Origin: an uncultured Gemmatimonadaceae bacterium
GTDB taxonomy: Bacteria > Gemmatimonadota > Gemmatimonadetes > Gemmatimonadales > Gemmatimonadaceae
Assembly: GCA_963751275.1 (NCBI GenBank)
Contig: CAVVTZ010000007.1
Location: 384,001 to 448,000 of the forward strand
DNA length: 64,000 nucleotides
Direction of reading: 5' to 3'
Both the position numbers and the translations under genes were made by a program. Numbering within the stretch: position 1 is the first letter of the stretch; each line of letters opens with the position of its first letter. Under the pieces are notes generated by a model, which ran no database searches, was not told the origin of the DNA, and saw nothing but the letters and a program-made list of their open reading frames with translations. Shown here piece after piece: positions 44,675-56,788 of this stretch.

Positions 44675-45910
44675 TCACGGTCTCCATTTTCCTTGGGCCA
44701 CCGCGGGGATGAAGGAATCCAGCCCCCTCGGCGGAAAAGTGACCGTCTTCCCCTGCTCCGCGCTCATGTATCCCGCCATGAGCATGCGCACGACATCCAG
44801 CCCATCGTCGAAAGTGAGGCGCGGAGTCTCGAGTCCGAGGAACGCGCGCACGAAGTGACGATCCTCCGCCTCGTAGCCGTACGCGACCGCTTCGTTCGCC
44901 ACCACCGGCATCTGCCCGGTCTCGGCGTTCTGCTTCTCGACGAGATCCTCGCCGCTCTTCGCGTTCACTTCGCGGCTGAAGAACAGCTTCAGCCCGCTGT
45001 CGAGGGTGTTCCACGTCATCGAGTACTCGGGCCCGAGCAGCTCGGCGGACAATCGCAGCCCCGGACCCACGAAACTCCACGACGTGGTCGCTTCGCCGAT
45101 CACGGTGTGACCGTCGGCGGTCTCGAACTCGATCATCATGCTCGCGAAATCCTCGGCCGGCGTCTTCGTGTAGTCGACCTCCTTGCCCATGCTCGCGCGC
45201 AGGCGCTTCGCGTATTCGGGTCGCGACCATTTCAGGCTCGCGATGTGCGCGGTGATCTTCACCGGCTTCACGCTCGACAGCGGCTTCCCCGGCGCGGTGA
45301 GCAGATGCCGCACCATGAGCGCCGAGTGGCACATCATGTCGTTGAGCACGCCGCCGCCCTGCAGTTCGCCGCGCCAGAACCACGGCATGTGCGGGCCGCT
45401 GTGCTCCTCGGCGGCGCGCGCGAGGTACGGCCGTCCGGTCGCGGCGGCGCCGCGCTTCCAGAGCAGCGAGTGCCCGGTCTCGACCTGCGGCGCGAAGATC
45501 TGATTCTCGAGATACGCGGTGGCGAGGCCGGCCTTCGCCGCGAGATCGCGCACCTTGGTCGCCTCGGCCACGTTGCGCGCGAGCGGCTTCTCGCAGGCGA
45601 GTCCTTTGAGTTCGCCGCGTCCCTTCTCGAGCGCGTGCACGATCTCTTCCACGTTCTCGATGCGCGCCTGGTTCGGGCCCGTGAGCCAGATCGCATCGAT
45701 CGCCGGATCGGCGACCATCTCCGCGATCGAGCGGTACGGCTTCGCATCGCCCACATCCAGCTCGCGCGCGTACGCGGCCGCCGACGCGGCGTTCTTCGCG
45801 TTGGGACTCCATACGCCACGCACGTCCCCCTCGCGTACGCCGCGCCAGCCGAGCATGTGGAAGCGCGCGTTGAATCCACTGCCAATGAAACCGACGCCGA
45901 GCCGTTTCAC
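44675..45910 (-). CDS. Gfo/Idh/MocA family oxidoreductase
   Basis: GFIGSGFNA, CEKPLA, GGGVLNDMMCH; GTG 45910 overlaps the upstream stop. Confidence 0.88.
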   Translation of the reverse strand: MKRLGVGFIGSGFNARFHMLGWRGVREGDVRGVWSPNAKNAASAAAYARELDVGDAKPYRSIAEMVADPAIDAIWLTGPNQARIENVEEIVHALEKGRGELKGLACEKPLARNVAEATKVRDLAAKAGLATAYLENQIFAPQVETGHSLLWKRGAAATGRPYLARAAEEHSGPHMPWFWRGELQGGGVLNDMMCHSALMVRHLLTAPGKPLSSVKPVKITAHIASLKWSRPEYAKRLRASMGKEVDYTKTPAEDFASMMIEFETADGHTVIGEATTSWSFVGPGLRLSAELLGPEYSMTWNTLDSGLKLFFSREVNAKSGEDLVEKQNAETGQMPVVANEAVAYGYEAEDRHFVRAFLGLETPRLTFDDGLDVVRMLMAGYMSAEQGKTVTFPPRGLDSFIPAVAQGKWRP

Positions 45911-46543
45911 TTTCGCGTGGGTCTCGCGTCCATCATCGCATCGTTCACGCCAAGTTTTTCGAGCGCGGCGGGCGGGCAGCCGTTCCACTCGGCCACCGCC
46001 TTGTTCCCGAGGTACTGCACATCCTTCCATCCCATCGCGCTCGAGAAGAAGCCCGGACGCGGTCATGTCGCGGAAGCGCGAGAAGAACGCCGCGCCCTGG
46101 CTGTACTCCGGCTTCGCCTTCTTGGGCCACGCGATGTCATCGAGCAGCTGTCGGCGTTCGGCATCGGTGCACGCGGTGAACGGCTTGCCAAAGCGATCCT
46201 CGCAGGCGAGATCGAGCCATGCGAGCCCGCCGCGCATCGCGGTGCGCGTCATGTCCGACGTGTTCGCGTCCGCGAGTATCCAGTCCATGAACTCGGGGAC
46301 CTTCGCGTCGGTGGCGCTGCCCGAGCGCTCGTCGCGCGGGATCACATAGTCCACGAGCACCACCACCGTGGCCCACTCGTGGCGATTGAAGAACTTCGGC
46401 GCGTACGGCGCCGCGCTGGTCTCCGCCAGGCTCTTGAGATGCTCGGCCGCGCGCGCTGTTTGCGCGGAGCTCCACTCGATCGCGCCGATCGCTGGCGCGG
46501 CGGCGAGCCACTTCATCATCGCGCGGCGCGAGATGCGGCTCAT
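45907..46543 (-). CDS. Gluconate 2-dehydrogenase subunit 3 family (Tat-exported), frameshifted near 46052
   Basis: SRRAMMK Tat motif, IPRDERSGSATDAKVPEF, GGLAWLD; GFFSSAMGWKDVQYLGN continues in the next frame. Confidence 0.85.
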
Positions 46544-48228
46544 AGCGCCCCCGCCGCGCGCTGCTGCGCGATGTACTCGCTCGTGCGCATCGAGAGGGCG
46601 AGGATCGTCCACGTGGGATTCTTGTCGGCTTGCGACACGAACGGGCCGCCGTCGGCGACGAAGAGGTTCTTGCAGTCGTGCGCCTGGCAATGCGCGTTGA
46701 GCGCGCTCGTCTGCGGATCGTTCCCCATGATGACGCAGCCGAGCTCGTGGATGATCCGGCCGCCGGGCGCGATGCCGTAGCCCTGTTCCTTCGTGGGCAT
46801 CGGATCGAAGACCGTGCCGCCCATGTCGGCGATGAGCGCGCGGAACGTCTCCTGCATGTGCTTCACCTGATTCAACTCGTGATCGCTCCATTTCCAGTGG
46901 AAGCGGAGCACCGGAATGCCGTAGCGGTCCACGACGTTCGGATCGAGTTCGCAGTAGCTGTCGGCATTGGGGATCATCTCGCCGCGGCCGGAGAAGCCGA
47001 CCGTCGCGCCGTAGTAGCGGCGATAATCATCCTTCAACTGCTTCCCGTAGCCGCCGCCCGGCGGGTATTCCTGAATGCCGCCCATGAATCCGTAGCCGGG
47101 CGAATCGAGGCCGCCGCCCATCTCAATGTGATATCCGCGCGGGAAGTCGAGCTTGGCGTTGTCGAGCCACCAGGGCGAATAGATGTGTGCGCCGCCCACG
47201 CCGTCCTCGTTGTGCGGCACGTGGTCCATCATCTTCGGGATGAATCCGCTCACGCCCGCGCCGGTGGTGTCGGTGAGGTACTTGCCCACCACGCCGCTCG
47301 AGTTCGCGAGCCCCTGCGGAAAGAGCGACGACTTCGAATTCAGCAGGATGCGCGCGGATTCGCACGCGCTTGCCGCGAGCACGACCACGCGCGCGCTCGC
47401 GTGGCGTTCGGTGTTCGTGGTCTTGTCGATGTACGCGACGCCCTGCGCGAGCCCGTCCGCGCCGACCGTCACCTCGCGCGCCATCGCATTGCACACGAGC
47501 GTGAGCTTCCGCGTCTTGAGCGCCGGCGCGATGAGCACATCGGGGCTCGAGAAGTTCGACGCCGTGCCGCAGCCGCGCCCGCATTGCCCGCAGTAGTGAC
47601 ATGCCGCGCGGCCGTGGATGGATTTCGTGATGATCGAGAGCCGCGACGGGATGCACGTGACGCCGAGGCGGTCGCACGCCTGCTTGATCATCAGCTCGTA
47701 GCAGCGCGGCTTGGGCGGCGGGAGGAATTTCCCGTCGGGGTGATTCGGCAGCCCCTCGATGCTGCCGAACACGCCGATGAGTTCGTCGACCTGATCGTAG
47801 TAGGGCGCGAGATCGTCATAGCCGATCGGCCAGTCGTCGCCGAGTCCGTCGCGGCTCTTCCCGCGGAAATCCTCGGGACCGAAGCGCAGCGAGATCCGCC
47901 CCCAGTGGCTGGTGCGTCCGCCGAGCATGCGGGCGCGCCACCAGTCGAAATTCGTGCCGGGCGCGCGCGTGTACGGCTCGCCCTCGATCTCCCAGCCGCC
48001 AATGCAGCCGTCGAACTCGCCGAAGGGTTTCGTCTTGGTGGAGCCGCCGCGCCGTGGCGAGGAATATTCCGGCACGAGCATCTTGGAGTCCTTCGTGGCG
48101 TACCACTCGGGCCCGGCCTCGAGCAGGAGCACGTTCGCACCCGCTTTCGTGAGGACGTACGCCGCCATGCCGCCGCCGGCGCCCGAGCCGACGATGCACA
48201 CATCGTATGTCGTGTCGGCCTTCCGCAT
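46540..48228 (-). CDS. GMC family FAD oxidoreductase (glycoside 3-dehydrogenase-like)
   Basis: GSGAGGG, LGGRTSHW, CHYCGQCGRGC Fe-S motif, HELG, KNPTWT. Confidence 0.9.
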   Translation of the reverse strand: MRKADTTYDVCIVGSGAGGGMAAYVLTKAGANVLLLEAGPEWYATKDSKMLVPEYSSPRRGGSTKTKPFGEFDGCIGGWEIEGEPYTRAPGTNFDWWRARMLGGRTSHWGRISLRFGPEDFRGKSRDGLGDDWPIGYDDLAPYYDQVDELIGVFGSIEGLPNHPDGKFLPPPKPRCYELMIKQACDRLGVTCIPSRLSIITKSIHGRAACHYCGQCGRGCGTASNFSSPDVLIAPALKTRKLTLVCNAMAREVTVGADGLAQGVAYIDKTTNTERHASARVVVLAASACESARILLNSKSSLFPQGLANSSGVVGKYLTDTTGAGVSGFIPKMMDHVPHNEDGVGGAHIYSPWWLDNAKLDFPRGYHIEMGGGLDSPGYGFMGGIQEYPPGGGYGKQLKDDYRRYYGATVGFSGRGEMIPNADSYCELDPNVVDRYGIPVLRFHWKWSDHELNQVKHMQETFRALIADMGGTVFDPMPTKEQGYGIAPGGRIIHELGCVIMGNDPQTSALNAHCQAHDCKNLFVADGGPFVSQADKNPTWTILALSMRTSEYIAQQRAAGAL

Positions 48229-48233
48229 CGCGC

Positions 48234-49026
48234 TCAATTCCCCGCGTCGGGCAGCTGGCGCACCCAGAATGTTCCGGTAGCGCACCGGATAGCTGTGGTC
48301 CTGCAACAGGATCGGCAGCTTATCGGGCATGGGCGCATACGGCGGCCGGCGCTTGTACGCGGTGGGACCGGTGAGCACCGCATCGCTCTGCACGAGCACG
48401 CCGTTTTGCACCACCGTCACCCGCGCGGCGCACTGGAGCGTGCCGTCGAGATTGAACCGCGGGCAATGGAAGATGATGTCGTACGTCTGCCACTCGCCGG
48501 GCGGCCGGCTCGCGTTCACCATCGGCGGATACTGGCCGAACACCGATCCCGCGGCGCCATCGGCATACGTGGGATTCTCGTACGAATCGAGCACCTGCAC
48601 CTCGAAGGCCGACATGAGGTACACGCCGCTATTGCCGCGCTCCTGGCCCTCGCCCGTCGCGGGCGTGGGCGTGCGCCACTCCACGTGGAGCTGCACGTCG
48701 CCAAAGCTCTGCTTGGTCTGGATGTCGCCGGTCTTGGCGACGACCTCCATGTAGCCGTGCTCCACCTTCCATTTCGCCGGCGCTCCCGCGCTGTCGCCGC
48801 TCGCCCACTGTGACAGATCCTTTCCGTCGAAGAGCACGATCGCATCACTCGGCGGCGCGACCGGCTGCCCGCCGGGCGCGGGCTTCACCACCGGCGGCTG
48901 CGGGCGGTCCATCGAATGCTGCGGATACGCCGTGACGACCGGCGAGGGCAGGGTCGGGCATTGGGCGCGGATCTGCGCAGCAAGGATCGGCGAGAGAGCA
49001 AGGATCGCGAGGCGTGGATGCATCAT
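48234..49026 (-). CDS. DUF1080 (3-keto-disaccharide hydrolase family) secreted protein; last codons frameshifted, giving an apparent fusion to GMC
   Basis: PPSDAIVLFDGKDL, HVEW, GNSGV, EVQVLDS, GEWQTYDI, LQDH...YRNI(W); deleting one T gives a stop at 48234. Confidence 0.85.
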
Positions 49027-49086
49027 CGGCGTCCGCAAAGGAAGGAAGGCAATTATGCACTCGTGCTTGGCCGGCTACAAGCGCGC

Positions 49087-49243
49087 GTAGGGCCTAGTAC
49101 CGCTGTAACGGCGCGTCTGGGAGGCAGCGTGTAGTACGGCGCGGCGTGAGTGGCGCGACTCACTACTCCCGCCCCGTCACTCACGCATTGCCGTACTACA
49201 CGCTGCCTCCCAGACGCGCCGTTACAGCGGTACTAGGCCCTAC
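49087..49243. repeat. GTAG-terminated long inverted repeat (REPIN/MITE-like)
   Basis: 54-bp perfect arms GTAGGGCC...GGCCCTAC flanking a 49-bp, partly self-complementary spacer. Confidence 0.8.
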
Positions 49244-49324
49244 ACGCGCCCCTCAGGGTGGCCCGGTCCTCGCGCCGCGCCTATCTTCCCGCCTGAAGCC
49301 GACTTCCAGAGGAGTCCCCCCGCG

Positions 49325-51670
49325 TTGACTTCGCCGCTCCAGGATCAGCTTCAACGCACGCTCGGCGACGGCTACGCCATCGAACGCGAACTCGGCGGCG
49401 GCGGCATGTCGCGCGTCTTCGTCGCGACCGAGAAGGCGCTCGGCCGCCGCGTCGTGATCAAAGTGCTCCCGCCCGATCTCTCGGCCGCCGTGAGCACCGA
49501 GCGCTTCCGGCGCGAGATCCTGCTCGCGGCGGGACTGCAGCACGCCCACATCGTGCCCGTGCTCACCGCCGGCACCTCCGATGGCCTGCCGTACTTCACG
49601 ATGCCCTACGTGGACGGCGAGTCGCTGCGCGCCCGCCTCGAGCGCGACGGCACCGTGCCCGTTCGGGATTGCATCGCCGTGCTCCGTGACGTGTCGCAGG
49701 CGCTCGCCTATGCCCACGAGCGCGGCGTGATCCATCGTGACATCAAGCCGGACAACATCCTCCTCAGCGGCGGCGTCGCGATGGTCACCGACTTCGGCGT
49801 GGCCAAGGCGATCAGCGCCGCCGGCGGCGACAGCACGCTGACGTCGGTGGGTCTCGCGCTCGGCACCCCGGCGTACATGGCGCCGGAGCAGGGCACGGGC
49901 GATCCCACCAGCGACCGGCGCGCGGACATCTACGCGCTCGGTGCGGTCGGCTACGAGATGCTGTGCGGCCGCACGCTGTTCCCGGGCCGGTCGCCGCAGC
50001 AGACGCTGATGGCGCACGCGGTGGAGGCGCCGAAGCCCGTCGGCGAGTGCCGCCCCGACACGCCGCCGGCGCTCGCCGCGCTCATCATGCAGTGCCTCGA
50101 GAAGGATCCGGCCAAGCGGCCCGCCTCCGCCGCGGCGCTGCTGCAGTCCATCGACTCCGTGATGAGCGGCGGCACCGCGATCCGCGCCGCCATGCCGCGG
50201 CGGCGTCGCACCGCCGTGGCCGGGCTCATCGCGCTCGCCGCCGTGATCGCGCTCGCCGGCTACTTCGCCGCGACGCGCCGCGCGCCCCCGCTCCCGAGCG
50301 AGCGGTCGATCGCCGTGCTGCCGTTCGATCCCCTGGGCGGCAAGCCGGAGGACGAATACTTCGGCGACGGCATGGCGGAAGAGCTGATCACCGCGCTGAG
50401 CAAGGTGCCCGGATTGCGGGTCGCCGCGCGCAGCTCGGCGTTCGCGTTCAAGGGGAAGAACGAGGATGCGCGCAGCATCGGCCGCCAATTGAACGTGAGC
50501 GCGGTGCTCGGCGGCACCGTCCGCCGCGAGGGGAAGCATCTGCGCGTCACCGCCCGCCTCGAGTCCGCGGACAGCGCGCGCGAGATCTGGTCGGAGACCT
50601 ACGACCGCAACGAGACCGACGTGTTCGCGGTGCAGGACGAGCTCACGCGCGCGATCGTCGGCGCCTTGCAGCTGCGCCTCACGCCCAGCAGCGGCGCCGC
50701 GATCGCGAAGCGCGGCACCGCGAACATCGAGGCCTACAATCTCTACCTGCACGGTCGCTTCTTCTACGAGAAACGGAGCGAAGACGGCCTCGTGAAGGCG
50801 GCCGACAACTTCTCGCAGGCCATCGCGCTCGATTCGAATTATGCGGCCGCATACGCCGGCCTCGCCGATTCGTACAGCCTGCTCGCGACCTTCGGCTTCC
50901 GCGCGCCGCGCGCGATGTATCCGAAGGCCAAGCTGGCCGCGCTCCGGGCGCTCGCGCTCGACAGCATGCTCGCCGAGGCGCATACATCGCTCGGCTTCAT
51001 CCAGCTGTTCTACGATTTCGATTACGAGAGCGGCTCCCGCGAGCTCACACGGGCGATTGAGCTCGACCCGCACTACGCGCCGGCGCGGCTTTTCCGCTCG
51101 TGGTATTATGTGGCCGCCGGCCAGCTCGATTCCGCGGTGCGCAATGTGCAGCGGGCCAAGGCCGACGACCCCCTTTCGCTGATCATCAATACGCGCCTCG
51201 GCACGATGCTCTTCTGGACGCGGCAGTACGATTCCTCCGCCGCGCAGCTGCTCCACACGCTCGAACTCGACTCCACGTACGCCCTGGCGCACAGCCAGCT
51301 GTCGCGCGCGTACCTCATGCTGCACCGCTGCAAGGATGCGATCCGCGAAGCGCAAAAGTACAGTGCGGTGGTGGGCAACTACGAGAGCGCCAATCTGGGC
51401 TATTCGGCCGCCGTGTGCGGCGACACCGCGCTCGCGCGGCACGAATTGCAGTCGCGCCTCGACGAGCTGAAACGGCGCTACGTCTCGGCCGATGTGATCG
51501 CCCGCCTGTATGCCGGCCTCGGCCAGAAGACCGAGGCACTCGACTGGCTCGAGAAGGCCTACGACGAGCGCACCTGGTCGCTCTTCCTGCTCAAGGTCGA
51601 ACCGATGTATGACAACCTTCGGGGCGAACCGAGGTTCCAAGCGTTAGTCACCAAGATGCGCTTGCAGTGA
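49325..51670 (+). CDS. Ser/Thr protein kinase with TM, TolB-like and TPR domains
   Basis: GGGGMS, VIK, HRDIKPDN, DFG, GTPAYMAPE; SIAVLPF; TPR helices. Confidence 0.93.
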   Translation: MTSPLQDQLQRTLGDGYAIERELGGGGMSRVFVATEKALGRRVVIKVLPPDLSAAVSTERFRREILLAAGLQHAHIVPVLTAGTSDGLPYFTMPYVDGESLRARLERDGTVPVRDCIAVLRDVSQALAYAHERGVIHRDIKPDNILLSGGVAMVTDFGVAKAISAAGGDSTLTSVGLALGTPAYMAPEQGTGDPTSDRRADIYALGAVGYEMLCGRTLFPGRSPQQTLMAHAVEAPKPVGECRPDTPPALAALIMQCLEKDPAKRPASAAALLQSIDSVMSGGTAIRAAMPRRRRTAVAGLIALAAVIALAGYFAATRRAPPLPSERSIAVLPFDPLGGKPEDEYFGDGMAEELITALSKVPGLRVAARSSAFAFKGKNEDARSIGRQLNVSAVLGGTVRREGKHLRVTARLESADSAREIWSETYDRNETDVFAVQDELTRAIVGALQLRLTPSSGAAIAKRGTANIEAYNLYLHGRFFYEKRSEDGLVKAADNFSQAIALDSNYAAAYAGLADSYSLLATFGFRAPRAMYPKAKLAALRALALDSMLAEAHTSLGFIQLFYDFDYESGSRELTRAIELDPHYAPARLFRSWYYVAAGQLDSAVRNVQRAKADDPLSLIINTRLGTMLFWTRQYDSSAAQLLHTLELDSTYALAHSQLSRAYLMLHRCKDAIREAQKYSAVVGNYESANLGYSAAVCGDTALARHELQSRLDELKRRYVSADVIARLYAGLGQKTEALDWLEKAYDERTWSLFLLKVEPMYDNLRGEPRFQALVTKMRLQ

Positions 51671-51755
51671 GCCGCGACACCGCGCGGCGCACCGCCTCGT
51701 AGTGCGATGGAGCAGGCAGTAGCTTCCCGGGTATACCGGCGGAAAGGGGTCGTGC

Positions 51756-54899
<3,144 letters not shown>

Positions 54900-55064
54900 T
54901 CCGCGCGCGAAGGCGCACGGATCCTGTCCGGTCGTCGTTTCCCGGACACCGGCCGCGCGTTGCGCTCTTGTGTCGGTCCGCCTTCCGCCGTACCATCACG
55001 CACCGGGTGACGCCGCCCGTGCCGCGCCCTCAAATCCCGCCCTCACCATAGCTGGAGGACATTC

Positions 55065-55520
55065 ATGCAAGCGCACAAGGTCATCCTCGGATCCGCCCTC
55101 GCGATCGCGATCGCTGCGTGCAGCAGCGGAGGCTCGTCCACCACGAACGCGCCAGCGCCTGCGGCCGCGGCTCCGGCGGCCGGAGCCAGCGCCGGCGCGG
55201 TCGCCAGCAGCGCGGGCGATACCACGGTCGCGACGGAGATCCTGGTGAACGTGATCAACAGCCATATCCCGCCCGCCGTGGTCACCGTGTGGGTCACGGG
55301 CCCGTCGGTCGGCCGCATCCTGCTGGGCGATGTCGCGATCAATCAGACGAAGGCCTTCACCTTCAAGGCCGGCAATCTGAACGGCAGCTACCGGCTCATC
55401 GCGCGGGCGGCGGGCGGCGCGGAACTGCCCTCGCAGCCCTTCAACCTCACGCCGACACTGCGGTTCGTGCAGTGGTCGCTCGACGTGAACTCCATCGTCC
55501 AGTACCAGACGCCGAAGTAG
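55065..55520 (+). CDS. Hypothetical lipoprotein
   Basis: IAAC lipobox, Ala/Pro linker, small beta domain; GGAGG RBS. Confidence 0.7.
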   Translation: MQAHKVILGSALAIAIAACSSGGSSTTNAPAPAAAAPAAGASAGAVASSAGDTTVATEILVNVINSHIPPAVVTVWVTGPSVGRILLGDVAINQTKAFTFKAGNLNGSYRLIARAAGGAELPSQPFNLTPTLRFVQWSLDVNSIVQYQTPK

Positions 55521-55521
55521 G

Positions 55522-56454
55522 TTGACGGCGGTCGTTCGCGGATCGATCTCGCTCGCCGCACTCGCGCTCCTGGGCGCGGGTGCGGCGGCGCAGGCGGCGC
55601 CGGCGTCGCCCGCGCCTCCGGCGCCCGTCATTCTGCTGCAGTCGGATTTCGGACTCCAGGACGGCGCGATCGCCGAGCTCAAGGGCGTCGCCTATACGGT
55701 GAGCCCCTCGATCCGGGTGGTGGACCTCACCCAGCTTATCCCCCCGTTCGACATTCTCGACGCCGCGTACCGTCTGCGCCAGGTGGCGCCGTTCTGGCCC
55801 GCCGGCACGGTCTTCGCGTCGATCGTCGATCCCGGCGTCGGCACGAAACGTCTTTCCGTGGTGATGCGCACGAAGACGGGCCAGTACTTCGTCACCCCCG
55901 ACAACGGGACGCTGACCTTCGTCGCCGAACTGCTCGGCGTCGATGAAGTGCGCGAGATCGACGAGAGCGTGAACCGCCGGCCCGGCTCCGAGTGGTCCGC
56001 CACCTTCCATGGACGAGACGTGTACATGTACACCGCCGCGCGCCTCGCCGCGGGCGTGATCAGTTTCGAGCAGGTGGGCCCATCGCGCGGCGTGTCCTAC
56101 GTCGCGCTGCCGGTCCCCGCGCCGCAACTCTCCTCGCACTCGGTGACGGGCACGGTCATCGCGCTCGACCAGCCGTACGGGAATCTGTGGACCAACATCG
56201 ATACGATGGCGGTGCACACGCTGGGCATGAAAGCCGGCGACCGCGTGCGCGTGCGGATCATGAAGGGCGCCACCGCCGTCTGGTCCGACGTGGTGCCCTT
56301 CGTGCGCACCTTCGGCGACGTCCCCGTGTCGAAGCCGCTGCTGTACGTGAACAGCCTCGACCGCCTCGCCCTCGCGCTGAACGAAGGCAACTTCTCGAAG
56401 CGCTATTCGATCGGATCGGGCACCGAGTGGACTCTCGAGATCGTGAAGCCCTAG
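55522..56454 (+). CDS. SAM hydrolase/SAM-dependent halogenase family (DUF62) with signal peptide
   Basis: SDFG, VDPGVG, PDNG, TFHGRD, YGN, ALNEG. Confidence 0.88.
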   Translation: MTAVVRGSISLAALALLGAGAAAQAAPASPAPPAPVILLQSDFGLQDGAIAELKGVAYTVSPSIRVVDLTQLIPPFDILDAAYRLRQVAPFWPAGTVFASIVDPGVGTKRLSVVMRTKTGQYFVTPDNGTLTFVAELLGVDEVREIDESVNRRPGSEWSATFHGRDVYMYTAARLAAGVISFEQVGPSRGVSYVALPVPAPQLSSHSVTGTVIALDQPYGNLWTNIDTMAVHTLGMKAGDRVRVRIMKGATAVWSDVVPFVRTFGDVPVSKPLLYVNSLDRLALALNEGNFSKRYSIGSGTEWTLEIVKP

Positions 56455-56493
56455 CGCCTTCGGCTGAATCGCGCGGGGCGGGATCTTCAACGA

Positions 56494-56558
56494 CAACCGC
56501 TTGCGCGCGGATCACACGGAAACGCGCGGAAGGCGCGTGATCCGCGTACAAGCAGTTG
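56494..56558. repeat. Imperfect inverted repeat (CGCGGATCAC type)
   Basis: CAACCGCTTGCGCGCGGATCAC versus GTGATCCGCGTACAAGCAGTTG. Confidence 0.6.
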
Positions 56559-56711
56559 CGGTGATCTCGACTCGCGACCGATGCCCGGTCGAACGCCCCG
56601 GAACTTGCCCCTCTCGCCGGTGTCCAAACGGTACGCATTGAACGTCCAGTTTATGGACAGATTTCCCGTCCGGAAAAACCCCAAGTCCTTGCTCGGAAGT
56701 AACTTGACCAA

Positions 56712-56728
56712 CGGCATGCAAGTCGCAT
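56712..56728 (+). promoter_or_regulatory. Candidate sigma54 promoter
   Basis: CGGCATGCAAGTCGCAT = GG-N10-GC; upstream IHF-like CAAGTCCTTG and palindrome GTCCA-N5-TGGAC (56644-56658). Confidence 0.5.
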
Positions 56729-56788
56729 ACGTACATAGGGTGAGGGCGGCATCCGCCGCTCGAACGTTGGTGTGAATCCGGAGGGTAT

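Noticed and set aside
44675..46891. Subunit 3-Gfo/Idh/MocA fusion (738 aa ORF)
   Set aside because: Frameshift near 46052; the proper subunit-3 C-terminus lies in another frame and ends overlapping the next GTG
46540..49038. DUF1080-GMC fusion protein (832 aa ORF)
   Set aside because: A single extra T at the conserved RNIW end explains the fusion; the repaired frame stops 5 bp before the GMC ATG
55522..56454. Fluorinase/chlorinase with a halometabolite cluster
   Set aside because: HGRD motif fits the hydrolase type, and no biosynthetic genes are adjacent
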